This document shows positions 24,595-38,100 of a stretch of DNA of 45,105 bases, one piece after another (position 1 is the stretch's first letter; every line of letters begins with the position of its first letter). Below the pieces are notes generated by a model that had not been told where the DNA came from, did not search any database, and was given only the letters and a program-made list of their open reading frames with translations. The stretch is from assembly GCA_032718475.1 (NCBI GenBank), contig JAUCBJ010005737.1:1-45105 (forward strand), in the 5' to 3' direction. The position numbers and the translations under genes were made by a program. The DNA comes from Nemertoderma westbladi. Taxonomy: Eukaryota; Animalia; Xenacoelomorpha.

Positions 24595-24937
24595 TGTATG
24601 TGTAACCTTAACCGCGTTGTATGTGTAACCTTAACCGCGTTGTATGTGTAACCTTAACCGCGTTGTATGTGTAACCTTAACCGCGTTGTATGTGTAACCT
24701 TAACCGCGTTGTATGTGTAACCTTAACCGCGTTGTATGTGTAACCTTAACCGCGTTGTATGTGTAACCTTAACCGCGTTGTATGTGTAACCTTAACCGCG
24801 TTGTATGTGTAACCTTAACCGCGTTGTATGTGTAACCTTAACCGCGTTGTATGTGTAACCTTAACCGCGTTGTATGTGTAACCTTAACCGCGTTGTATGT
24901 GTAACCTTAACCGCGTTGTATGTGTAACCTTAACCGC
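24595..24937. repeat. 23-bp tandem minisatellite, ~15 essentially identical copies
   Basis: Unit TGTATGTGTAACCTTAACCGCGT. Confidence 0.97.
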
Positions 24938-25516
24938 ATTGCAGTTATTATAACTTATTTTACCTGTTTTACTTTTATACATGAAACGTAATATTAATTG
25001 TGGTGGTGGGATACGTTTTTGATTGATTTGATTGATTCGTTTTCTGATTCCAGTATTATTTGGTCCATGGTCTGGGTCTGGCTTGTAATCCAAATAATTC
25101 ATTATCTTAGAACCAAGGGTCTTATTGTTCTTATTATAGTATTTTATTTTCTGACATTGTGATTGACAACATGACGTAATATTTTATTTTACTATTTATA
25201 CTCAGTTATAATTTGTGCTTCTGCAATAATTTTATGTTTGTCATTACGGTGATTGTTTGTGCTTCCGATGGAAAGATTTGTTGATATTTACTATATTTTC
25301 TTATTACAACCTAGCAGGAGGAATATAATGTTGTGTCGAAGCGATTTACTGACTTTTTTTTATTGCTCCGCTACCGCTACACTATCAGTAACCCTAAGGA
25401 ATAATTAATTAATAACCCGTCAGCTTCCGCAATATATTCAATTATATAACTAATATTATCAATCTTCTATTTATAAACCATAACCGACTATGGCCTATAT
25501 ACGAGCTACTGTTGGG

Positions 25517-28500
25517 CAGAGACCGAAGCCTTTATACACTGTAGCTCAGGAACTAGTCACACAGAGACCGAAGCCTTTATACACTGTAGCTCAGGAACTA
25601 GCCACATAGAGACCGAAGCCTTTATAGTCTGTAGCTCAGGAACTAGCCACATAGAGACCGAAGCCTTTATAGTCTGTAGCTCAGGAACTAGCCACATAGA
25701 GACCGAAGCCTTTATAGTCTGTAGCTCAGGAACTAGTCACATAGAGACCGAAGCCTTTATAGTCTGTAGCTCAGGAACTAGCCACATAGAGACCGAAGCC
25801 TTTATAGTCTGTAGCTCAGGAACTAGCCACATAGAGACCGAAGCCTTTATATACTGTAGCTCAGGAACTAGCCACATAGAGACCGAAGCCTTTATAATCT
25901 GTAGCTCAGGAACTAGCCACATAGAGACCGAAGCCTTTATAGTCTGTAGCTCAGGAACTAGCCACACAGAGACCGAAGCATTTATAGTCTGTAGCTCAGG
26001 AACTAGCCACATACATAGAGACCGAAGCCTTTATACACTGTAGCTCAGGAACTAGCCACATATAGACCGAAGCCTTTATACACTGTAGCTCAGGAACTAG
26101 TCACACAGAGACCGAAGCCTTTATACACTGTAGCTCAGGAACTAGTCACACAGAGACCGAAGCCTTTATACACTGTAGCTCAGGAACTAGCCACATAGAG
26201 ACTGAAGCCTTTATAGTCTGTAGCTCAGGAACTAGCCACATAGAGACCGAAGCCTTTATAGTCTGTAGCTCAGGAACTAGCCACACAGAGACCGAAGCCT
26301 TTATAGTCTGTAGCTCAGGAACTAGCCACATAGAGACCGAAGCCTTTATAGTCTGTAGCTCAGGAACTAGCCACATAGAGACCGAAGCCTTTATACACTG
26401 TAGCTCAGGAACTAGCCACATAGAGACCGAAGCCTTTATAGTCTGTAGCTCAGGAACTAGCCACATAGAGACCGAAGCCTTTATACACTGTAGCTCAGGA
26501 ACTAGCCACATAGAGACCGAAGCCTTTATAGTCTGTAGCTCAGGAACTAGCCACATAGAGACCGAAGCCTTTATAGTCTGTAGCTCAGGAACTAGCCACA
26601 CAGAGACCGAAGCCTTTATAGTCTGTAGCTCAGGAACTAGCCACATAGAGACCGAAGCCTTTATAGTCTGTAGCTCAGGAACTAGCCACATACATAGAGA
26701 CCGAAGCCTTTATACACTGTAGCTCAGGAACTAGCCACATATAGACCGAAGCCTTTATACACTGTAGCTCAGGAACTAGTCACACAGAGACCGAAGCCTT
26801 TATACACTGTAGCTCAGGAACTAGTCACACAGAGACCGAAGCCTTTATAGTCTGTAGCTCAGGAACTAGCCACATAGAGACCGAAGCCTTTATACACTGT
26901 AGCTCAGGAACTAGCCACATAGAGACCGAAGCCTTTATAGTCTGTAGCTCAGGAACTAGCCACATAGAGACCGAAGCCTTTATAGTCTGTAGCTCAGGAA
27001 CTAGCCACACAGAGACCGAAGCCTTTATAGTCTGTAGCTCAGGAACTAGCCACATAGAGACCGAAGCCTTTATAGTCTGTAGCTCAGGAACTAGCCACAT
27101 ACATAGAGACCGAAGCCTTTATACACTGTAGCTCAGGAACTAGCCACATAGAGACCGAAGCCTTTATAGTCTGTAGCTCAGGAACTAGCCACACAGAGAC
27201 CGAAGCCTTTATAGTCTGTAGCTCAGGAACTAGCCACACAGAGACCGAAGCCTTTATAGTCTGTAGCTTAGGAACTAGCCACATAGAGACCGAAGCCTTT
27301 ATAGTCTGTAGCTCAGGAACTAGCCACACAGAGACCGAAGCCTTTATAGTCTGTAGCTCAGGAACTAGCCACATACATAGAGACCGAAGCCTTTATAATC
27401 TGTAGCTCAGGAACTAGCCACATAGAGACCGAAGCCTTTATAGTCTGTAGCTCAGGAACTAGCCACACAGAGACCGAAGCCTTTATAGTCTGTAGCTCAG
27501 GAACTAGCCACATACATAGAGACCGAAGCCTTTATACACTGTAGCTCAGGAACTAGCCACATATAGACCGAAGCCTTTATACACTGTAGCTCAGGAACTA
27601 GTCACACAGAGACCGAAGCCTTTATACACTGTAGCTCAGGAACTAGTCACACAGCGACCGAAGCCTTTATAGTCTGTAGCTCAGGAACTAGCCACATAGA
27701 GACCGAAGCCTTTATAGTCTGTAGCTCAGGAACTAGCCACATAGAGACCGAAGCCTTTATAGTCTGTAGCTCAGGAACTAGCCACATACATAGAGACCGA
27801 AGCCTTTATAATCTGTAGCTCAGGAACTAGCCACATAGAGACCGAAGCCTTTATAGTCTGTAGCTCAGGAACTAGCCACACAGAGACCGAAGCCTTTATA
27901 GTCTGTAGCTCAGGAACTAGTCACACAGAGACCGAAGCCTTTATAGTCTGTAGCTCAGGAACTAGCCACATACATAGAGACCGAAGCCTTTATAATCTGT
28001 AGCTCAGGAACTAGCCACATAGAGACCGAAGCCTTTATAGTCTGTAGCTCTGGAACTAGCCACATAGAGACCGAAGCCTTTATAGTCTGTAGCTCAGGAA
28101 CTAGCCACATACATAGAGACCGAAGCCTTTATAATCTGTAGCTCAGGAACTAGCCACATAGAGACCGAAGCCTTTATAGTCTGTAGCTCAGGAACTAGCC
28201 ACATAGAGACCGAAGTCTTTATAGTCTGTAGCTCAGGAACTAGCCACATACATAGAGAACGAAGCCTTTATACACTGTAGCTCAGGAACTAGCCACGTAG
28301 AGACCGAAGTCTTTATAGTCTGTAGCTCAGGAACTAGCCACATACATAGAGACCGAAGCCTTTATACACTGTAGCTCAGGAACTAGCCACATAGAGACCG
28401 AAGCCTTTATAGTCTGTAGCTCAGGAACTAGCCACATAGAGACCGAAGCCTTTATAGTCTGTAGCTCAGGAACTAGTCATACAGAGACCGAAGCCTTTAT

Positions 28501-31500
28501 AGTCTGTAGCTCAGGAACTAGCCACATACATAGAGACCGAAGCCTTTATAATCTGTAGCTCAGGAACTAGCCACATAGAGACCGAAGCCTTTATAGTCTG
28601 TAGCTCTGGAACTAGCCACATAGAGACCGAAGCCTTTATAGTCTGTAGCTCAGGAACTAGCCACATACATAGAGACCGAAGCCTTTATAATCTGTAGCTC
28701 AGGAACTAGCCACATAGAGACCGAAGCCTTTATAGTCTGTAGCTCTGGAACTAGCCACATAGAGACCGAAGCCTTTATAGTCTGTAGCTCAGGAACTAGC
28801 CACATATAGACCGAAGCCTTTATACACTGTAGCTCAGGAACTAGTCACACAGAGACCGAAGCCTTCATACACTGTAGCTCAGGAACTAGCCACATAGAGA
28901 CCGAAGCCTTTATAGTCTGTAGCTCAGGAACTAGTCATACAGAGACTGAAGCCTTTATACACTGTAGCTGAGGAACTAGCCACATAGAGACCGAAGCCTT
29001 TATAGTCTGTAGCTCTGGAACTAGCCACATACATAGAGACCGAAGCCTTTATACACTGTAGCTCAGGAACTAGCCACATATAGACCGTAGCCTTTATAGT
29101 CTGTAGCTCAGGAACTAGTCACACAGAGACCGAAGCCTTTATACACTGTAGCTCAGGAACTAGTCACACAGAGACCGAAGCCTTTATAGTCTGTAGCTCA
29201 GGAACTAGCCACATAGAGACCGAAGCCTTTATAGTCTGTAGCTCAGGAACTAGCCACATAGAGACCGAAGCCTTTATAGTCTGTAGCTCAGGAACTAGCC
29301 ACATACATAGAGACCGAAGCCTTTATAATCTGTAGCTCAGGAACTAGCCACATAGAGACCGAAGCCTTTATAGTCTGTAGCTCAGGAACTAGCCACACAG
29401 AGACCGAAGCCTTTATAGTCTGTAGCTCAGGAACTAGTCACACAGAGACCGAAGCCTTTATAGTCTGTAGCTCAGGAACTAGCCACATACATAGAGACCG
29501 AAGCCTTTATAATCTGTAGCTCAGGAACTAGCCACATAGAGACCGAAGCCTTTATAGTCTGTAGCTCTGGAACTAGCCACATAGAGACCGAAGCCTTTAT
29601 AGTCTGTAGCTCAGGAACTAGCCACATACATAGAGACCGAAGCCTTTATAATCTGTAGCTCAGGAACTAGCCACATAGAGACCGAAGCCTTTATAGTCTG
29701 TAGCTCAGGAACTAGCCACATAGAGACCGAAGTCTTTATAGTCTGTAGCTCAGGAACTAGCCACATACATAGAGAACGAAGCCTTTATACACTGTAGCTC
29801 AGGAACTAGCCACGTAGAGACCGAAGTCTTTATAGTCTGTAGCTCAGGAACTAGCCACATACATAGAGACCGAAGCCTTTATACACTGTAGCTCAGGAAC
29901 TAGCCACATAGAGACCGAAGCCTTTATAGTCTGTAGCTCAGGAACTAGCCACATAGAGACCGAAGCCTTTATAGTCTGTAGCTCAGGAACTAGTCATACA
30001 GAGACCGAAGCCTTTATAGTCTGTAGCTCAGGAACTAGCCACATACATAGAGACCGAAGCCTTTATAATCTGTAGCTCAGGAACTAGCCACATAGAGACC
30101 GAAGCCTTTATAGTCTGTAGCTCTGGAACTAGCCACATAGAGACCGAAGCCTTTATAGTCTGTAGCTCAGGAACTAGCCACATACATAGAGACCGAAGCC
30201 TTTATAATCTGTAGCTCAGGAACTAGCCACATAGAGACCGAAGCCTTTATAGTCTGTAGCTCTGGAACTAGCCACATAGAGACCGAAGCCTTTATAGTCT
30301 GTAGCTCAGGAACTAGCCACATATAGACCGAAGCCTTTATACACTGTAGCTCAGGAACTAGTCACACAGAGACCGAAGCCTTTATAGTCTGTAGCTCAGG
30401 AACTAGCCACATAGAGACCGAAGCCTTTATAGTCTGTAGCTCAGGAACTAGCCACATACAAAGAGACCGAAGCCTTTATAATCTGTAGCTCAGGAACTAG
30501 CCACATAGAGACCGAAGCCTTTATACACTGTAGCTCAGGAACTAGCCACATAGAGACCGAAGCCTTTATAGTCTGTAGCTCAGGAACTAGTCATACAGAG
30601 ACTGAAGCCTTTATACACTGTAGCTGAGGAACTAGCCATATAGAGACCGAAGCCTTTATAGTCTGTAGCTCTGGAACTAGCCACATACATAGAGACCGAA
30701 GCCTTTATAATCTGTAGCTCTGGAACTAGCCACATAGAAACCGAAGCCTTTATACACTGTAGCTCAGGAACTAGTCACATACATAGAGACCGAAGCCTTT
30801 ATAGTCTGTAGCTCTGGAACTAGCCACACAGAGACCGAAGCCTTTATAGTCTGTAGCTCAGGAACTAGCCACACAGAGACCGAAGCCTTCATACACTGTA
30901 GCTCAGGAACTAGCCACATAGAGACCGAAGCCTTTATAGTCTGTAGCTCAGGAACTAGTCATACAGAGATCGAAGCCTTTATAGTCTGTAGCTCAGGAAC
31001 TAGCCACATAGAGACCGAAGCCTTTATACACTGTAGCTCAGGAACTAGCCACATAGAGACCGAAGCCTTTATACACTGTAGCCGAGGAACTAGCCACATA
31101 GAGACCGAAGCCTTTATACACTGTAGCTCAGGAACTAGTCACACAGAGACCGAAGCCTTCATACACTGTAGCTCAGGAACTAGCCACATAGAGACCGAAG
31201 CCTTTATAGTCTGTAGCTCAGGAACTAGTCATACAGAGACCGAAGCCTTTATAGTCTGTAGCTCAGGAACTAGCCACATAGAGACCGAAGCCTTTATAGT
31301 CTGTAGCTCAGGAACTAGTCATACAGAGACCGAAGCCTTTATAGTCTGTAGCTCAGGAACTAGTCATACAGAGACCGAAGCCTTTATAGTCTGTAGCTCA
31401 GGAACTAGTCATACAGAGACCGAAGCCTTTATAGTCTGTAGCTCAGGAACTAGCCACATAGAGACCGAAGCCTTTATACACTGTAGCTCAGGAACTAGTC

Positions 31501-34500
31501 ACACAGAGACCGAAGCCTTCATACACTGTAGCTCAGGAACTAGCCACATAGAGACCGAAGCCTTTATAGTCTGTAGCTCAGGAACTAGTCATACAGAGAC
31601 CGAAGCCTTTATAGTCTGTAGCTCAGGAACTAGCCACATAGAGACCGAAGCCTTTATAGTCTGTAGCTCAGGAACTAGCCACACAGAGACCGAAGCCTTT
31701 ATAGTCTGTAGCTCAGGAACTAGCCACATACACAGAGACCGAAGCCTTTATAGTCTGTAGCTCAGGAACTAGCCACATAGAGACCGAAGCCTTTATACAC
31801 TGTAGCTCAGAGACCGAAGCCTTTATAGTCTGTAGCTCAGGAACTAGCCACACAGAGACCGAAGCCTTTATAGTCTGTAGCTCAGGAACTAGCCACATAC
31901 ACAGAGACCGAAGCCTTTATAGTCTGTAGCTCAGGAACTAGCCACACAGAGACCGAAGCCTTTATAGTCTGTAGCTCAGGAACTAGCCACATAGAGACCG
32001 AAGCCTTTATAGTCTGTACCTCAGGAACTAGTCACACGGAGACCGAAGCCTTTATAGTCTGTAGCTCAGGAACTAGCCACATAGAGACCGTAGCCTTTAT
32101 AGTCTGTAGCTCAGGAACTAGCCACATAGAGACCGTAGCCTTTATAGTCTGTAGCTCAGGAACTAGCCACATAGAGACCGTAGCCTTTATAGTCTGTAGC
32201 TCAGGAACTAGCCACATAGAGACCGTAGCCTTTATAGTCTGTAGCTCAGGAACTAGCCACATAGAGACCGAAGCCTTTATACACTGTAGCTCAGGAACTA
32301 GTCACATAGAGACCGAAGCCTTTATTGTCTGTAGCTCAGGAACTAGCCACATAGAGACCGAAGCCTTTATAGTCTGTAGCTCAGGAACTAGCCACATAGA
32401 GACCGAAGCCTTTATAGTCTGTAGCTCAGGAACTAGCCACATAGAGACCGAAGCCTTTATACACTGTAGCGCAGAGACCGAAGCCTTTATAGTCTGTAGC
32501 TCAGGAACTAGCCACATACACAGAGACCGAAGCCTTTATAGTCTGTAGCTCAGGAACTAGCCACATAGAGACCGTAGCCTTTATAGTCTGTAGCTCAGGA
32601 ACTAGCCACATAGAGATCGAAGCCTTTATAGTCTGTAGCTCAGGAACTAGCCACATAGAGATCGAAGCCTTTATAGTCTGTAGCTCAGGAACTAGCCACA
32701 TAGAGACCGAAGCCTTTATACACTGTAGCTCAGGAACTAGCCACACAGAGACCGAAGCCTTTATACACTGTAGCTCAGAGACCGAAGCCTTTATAGTCTG
32801 TAGCTCAGGAACTAGCCACATAGAGACCGAAGCCTTTATACACTGTAGCTCAGAGACCGAAGCCTTTATAGTCTGTAGCTCAGGAACTAGCCACATAGAG
32901 ATCGAAGCCTTTATAGTCTGTAGCTCAGGAACTAGCCACATAGAGACCGAAGCCTTTATACACTGTAGCTCAGGAACTAGCCACATAGAGACCGAAGACT
33001 TTATACACTGTAGCTCAGAGACCGAAGCCTTTATAGTCTGTAGCTCAGGAACTAGCCACATAGAGACCGAAGCCTTTATACACTGTAGCTCAGAGACCGA
33101 AGCCTTTATAGTCTGTAGCTCAGGAACTAGTCATACAGAGACCGTAGCCTTTATAGTCTGTAGCTCAGGAACTAGCCACATAGAGACCGAAGCCTTTATA
33201 CACTGTAGCTCAGAGACCGAAGCCTTTATAGTCTGTAGCTCAGGAACTAGCCACATAGAGACCGTAGCCTTTATAGTCTGTAGCTCAGGAACTAGCCACA
33301 TAGAGACCGAAGCCTTTATAGTCTGTAGCTCAGGAACTAGTCACATAGAGACCGAAGCCTTTATACACTGTAGCTCAGGAACTAGCCACATAGAGACCGA
33401 AGCCTTTATAGTCTGTAGCTCAGGAACTAGTCACATAGAGACCGAAGCCTTTATAGTCTGTAGCTCAGGAACTAGCCACATAGAGACCGTAGCCTTTATA
33501 CACTGTAGCTGAGGAACTAGTCACATAGAGACCAAAGCCTTTATACACTGTAGCTCAGAGACCGAAGCCTTTATAGTCTGTAGCTCAGGAACTAGCCACA
33601 TACACAGAGACCGAAGCCTTTATAGTCTGTAGCTCAGGAACTAGCCACATAGAGACCGAAGCCTTTATAGTCTGTACCTCAGGAACTAGTCACACGGAGA
33701 CCGAAGCCTTTATAGTCTGTAGCTCAGGAACTAGCCACATACATAGAGACCGAAGCCTTTATACACTGTAGCTCAGGAACAAGTCACATAGAGACCGAAG
33801 CCTTTATACACTGTAGCTGAGGAACTAGCCACACAGAGACCGAAGCCTTTATAGTCTGTAGCTCAGGAACTAGCCACATAGAGACCGAAGCTTTTATAGT
33901 CTGTAGCTCAAGAACTAGCCACATACATAGAGACCGAAGCCTTTATAGTCTGTAGCTCAGGAACTAGCCACATAGAGACCGAAGCCTTTATACACTGTAG
34001 CTCAGGAACTAGCCACATACATAGAGACCGAAGCCTTTATACACTGTAGCTCAGGAACTAGCCACACAGAGACCGAAGCCTTTATAGTCTGTAGCTCAGG
34101 AACTAGCCACATACATAGAGACCGAAGCCTTTATACACTGTAGCTCAGGAACTAGCCACACAGAGACCGAAGCCTTTATAGTCTGTAGCTCAGGAACTAG
34201 CCACATACATAGAGACCGAAGCCTTTATACACTGTAGCTCAGGAACTAGCCACATAGAGACCGAAGCCTTTATACACTGTAGCTCAGGAACTAGCCACAT
34301 ACATAGAGACCGAAGCCTTTATACACTGTAGCTCAGGAACTAGCCACACAGAGACCGAAGCCTTTATAGTCTGTAGCTCAGGAACTAGCCACATACATAG
34401 AGACCGAAGCCTTTATACACTGTAGCTCAGGAACTAGCCACATAGAGACCGTAGCCTTTATAGTCTGTAGCTCAGGAACTAGCCACATAGAGACCGTAGC

Positions 34501-34933
34501 CTTTATAGTCTGTAGCTCAGGAACTAGCCACATAGAGACCGTAGCCTTTATAGTCTGTAGCTCAGGAACTAGCCACATAGAGACCGAAGCCTTTATAGTC
34601 TGTAGCTCAGGAACTAGCCACATAGAGACCGTAGCCTTTATAGTCTGTAGCTCAGGAACTAGCCACATAGAGACCGTAGCCTTTATAGTCTGTAGCTCAG
34701 TAACTAGCCACATAGAGACCGAAGCCTTTATAGTCTGTAGCTCAGGAACTAGCCACATAGAGACCGTAGCCTTTATAGTCTGTAGCTCAGGAACTAGCCA
34801 CATAGAGACCGTAGCCTTTATACACTTTAGCTCAGGAACTAGTCACATAGAGACCGAAGCCTTTATAGTCTGTAGCTCAGGAACTAGCCACATAGAGACC
34901 GAAGCCTTTATAGTCTGTAGCTCAGGAACTAGC
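25517..34933. repeat. 45-bp satellite array, block 1 (~209 monomers)
   Basis: Consensus GAGACCGAAGCCTTTATAGTCTGTAGCTCAGGAACTAGCCACATA. Variants include TAGT/TACA and GAAG/GTAG swaps, a +ACAT form (49 bp) and a -15 bp form (30 bp). Confidence 0.98.
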
Positions 34934-34987
34934 TATTACCTAGTGCAATATGCATTACAATATACTTGTTATTATATTGCATTAACA
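34934..34987 (+). repeat. 5' LTR (only 54 bp; TA...CA)
   Basis: TATTACCTAGTGCAATATGCATTACAATATACTTGTTATTATATTGCATTAACA lies between the TSD and the PBS. Confidence 0.93.
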
Positions 34988-34999
34988 TGGTAGCAGAGC
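34988..34999 (+). promoter_or_regulatory. primer binding site (initiator tRNA-Met 3' end)
   Basis: TGGTAGCAGAGC directly abuts the LTR CA. This is the PBS described for animal GalEa-clade Copia elements. Confidence 0.9.
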
Positions 35000-35184
35000 C
35001 AAACCACGGGGTGTTGATAATGGTACCAGTGTCTGGGCTATAACATACCTGAATTAATGTCGGAGATAACGTTTAATTTAAAGTACCGGTACAGAAATTA
35101 ACGGTACCGGTACTGTATACCAAACAATCTAAATAGTCTTACCGATACGTATAAGACTGTAAGATATAGATAATAACTAATGCA

Positions 35185-38100
35185 ATGGATCAATCTACGA
35201 TTGGGCCTAATACAAGTAATAATAGAGTTAATGTTAAAAATCCACCACCACTTAGAGAAGACATATCTTACGAAAATTGGGTCCGAGAATTAGAAATATG
35301 GCAAGACGCGACAGACATTCCGAAAACTCGGCAGGGACCCACCGTTTTCCTGAGTTTAACTGGCGTCGCCAGAGAGGCGATTCTAGAGATCTCCCGGGAT
35401 GAATTAAAAGGTGAAGACGGAGTAAATCGTATCATAGAGAAACTCGATTCCTTGTATTTAAAAGATAAGGCCATACGGGCATTCCACTCTTATGATAAAT
35501 TCTGTAGTTTTAGACGAGCCACAGACTCCAATATCACAGATTTTATAATAACTTTTGAGCGAAACGTAAATAAATGTAAAGCGCTTAATATGATTCTTCC
35601 AGATGGGGTTTTAGCCTATCAACTATTGAAATGCGCAAATTTAGATGATACCAAAAACCAATTAGCGTTAGCAACGGTCGGCGAGCTAACCTATGATAAT
35701 ATGAAAAAGCAAATACTGAAATTATTCGTTGATGTTTCGCCTCAGTATGTAAATAGTAGTAGCAGAGATACGGATATTAAAATAAAATCTGAACCGATAT
35801 TTGCCGCTTCGGTCGAACAGGATACCGGAACTTGGGATTCAGAGGATATTGAATGGGATTATGAAACTGATTGTTACTATGGAAATTCATATTACAGGGG
35901 GAGTTATCCACGAAGCAGCGGAAGGTTTAGTCGCAGGCCAAGAATAGCCAGATACATAGTCACTAACAATAGGAGACCTCAACGAGGAACTGTCACTTCC
36001 TATCGGGGAAACGCGCCGAAAGCTGCAGGAACTTTGCGATTAAATCCCCCAGATCAGTACGGCAGACCTACACAATGTGGTTGCTGCCTGTCAATTTATC
36101 ATTATGAATCCGATTGTAAAGAATCACCAAAAAGTACCGAATATAAGTCCGCTCTCTTTAACACTGTGAACATTGAAAACGAAGACAAGCTTCAAATTGA
36201 CAATATAACACTTTTCACCGATGCCGATCTTGTCCCTAAAAATCATCTTCTGTCAGAAACTCTCAACTGCGCTATTATTGACACGGGCTGTACAACGACT
36301 GTCGCTGGAGAGACATGGCTGAGATGCTACATTGAGTCTTTAAACTGTGTCGATAAACGAGATATAGTTTACGAGGACAGCAATGTATGGTTTAGATTTG
36401 GAGATGGTGAACGCTATTTATCTAAAGTTAGAGCCAAAATTCCAATTCATGTTGGAAGTCAACGTGTATATCTTCATGTGAATCTCGTACAATGTGATAT
36501 ACCTCTTCTTTTGTCTAGATCTGCGATTAAAAAAGGCAACGGAAAAATAAATTTCAATGAAGATACAATAGAACTCCTTGGAGAAAATTTAGACCTAATC
36601 ATTTCTTCAACTGGGCATTATTGTTTAGCCTTGTACCGTTCCAAGGAGTTGATGGTAGAAAATGCTAAACAGATTCTATTTACTTCACCACTGAAAGGAA
36701 AAGACAAAAATGAGTTAGAAAAAGATATAAATAAACTTCATAAACAGTTCGCACATCCTCCAGCTAGTCGATTAAAAGAACTAATTTCGGATGCCGGCTA
36801 TAGTTCTATACTTATAAACTCGATCATAGATGATGTTACAAAACAGTGCGATATATGTAAGTGCTTCAAATCAGCTCCTTTGAAACCTGTAGTTGGGTTT
36901 CCATTAGCTAATACATTCAATGAAACAGTTGGAATGGATCTGAAAGAAATTAGACCTGGTTTTCATATTCTTCACTTTGTTGATCACGCCACAAGGTTCT
37001 CTCAAGCTGCCTTGATTAATAATAAACGCAAAGAGACGATCGTTGAAAGGATATTTGATTATTGGATTCGGCTGTATGGTGCACCAATGAAACTCCTCTC
37101 GGACAACGGGGGCGAATTCAACAATGGAGAATTGCTTGAATTATGTGAAAAATTTAACATTCGGGTTCTCACCACCGCAGCAGAAAGCCCTTGGTCGAAT
37201 GGGCTTGTTGAAAGACACAACAGAATATTAGCGAATTGCATCGAAAAAATTGTATTCCAATCCCCTGTTAATTTAAACTTGGCTGTACAATGGGCAATAT
37301 CCGCCAAAAATTCTTTGATCATTGTTTACGGTTTCACTCCTAATGTTTTGGTGTTTGGGAAAAATCCAAATTTCCCATCAAACTTCATGAATAAATTACC
37401 AGCTGACGGTTCTGCATGTAGTAGTAGTATAGTTAGGGATAACCTAAATGCTCTCCACTTGGCCAGAGAGTCTTTCATACGACAAGAAAGTTGTGAAAAA
37501 CTTCGGCGGGCACTCAGCAGAAAAACGAGAGCTTATTCCGATTACATATTTACAAATGGTGAAGAGGTATACTACAAACGCAATAATTCAACAGCATGGA
37601 AAGGGCCAGCAAAAGTGCTTGGAGTGGACAATAAAATGGTATTGGTTAAACATGGCGGCCAATATTTAAGAGTACATCCATGTCGTCTACAACTGGTTAA
37701 TGTGAATGCTAAAAATGATGAAATAACATCATCGAACTGTAATGCGAATAACAAAGTAATCGAAACTTCAGATGACGATTCTGATATGAATGAGAACAAC
37801 CTGTCGAATATACCTGGCTACTCACCAGATGCTGCTGCTAATAGTTTTGAAGGAACATCCACTCCGAGTATTGGGAAAGACGAAACACAAGAAAACACAA
37901 AGACAAAGTTACCACGCACTAAAGAGAATATAGAATATCTGGAAAATAATTCAGATCAATGGAAGTCAGCTAAGATTCTAGGACGAGGCGGTAAAGCTAC
38001 TGGTAAATTTTGGCATTTTATAAATATGGAAAATGCAGCGGGTGAGCAATATTGTAAGAGCTTTAGAGATGACATTAAAGAGTGGAGAATTAACACTGTT

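Noticed and set aside
25517-25561. Satellite monomer as a hammerhead ribozyme, tRNA or spliced-leader gene
   Set aside because: It lacks the CTGANGA/GAAA core arrangement, Pol III boxes and an Sm-site/donor layout.
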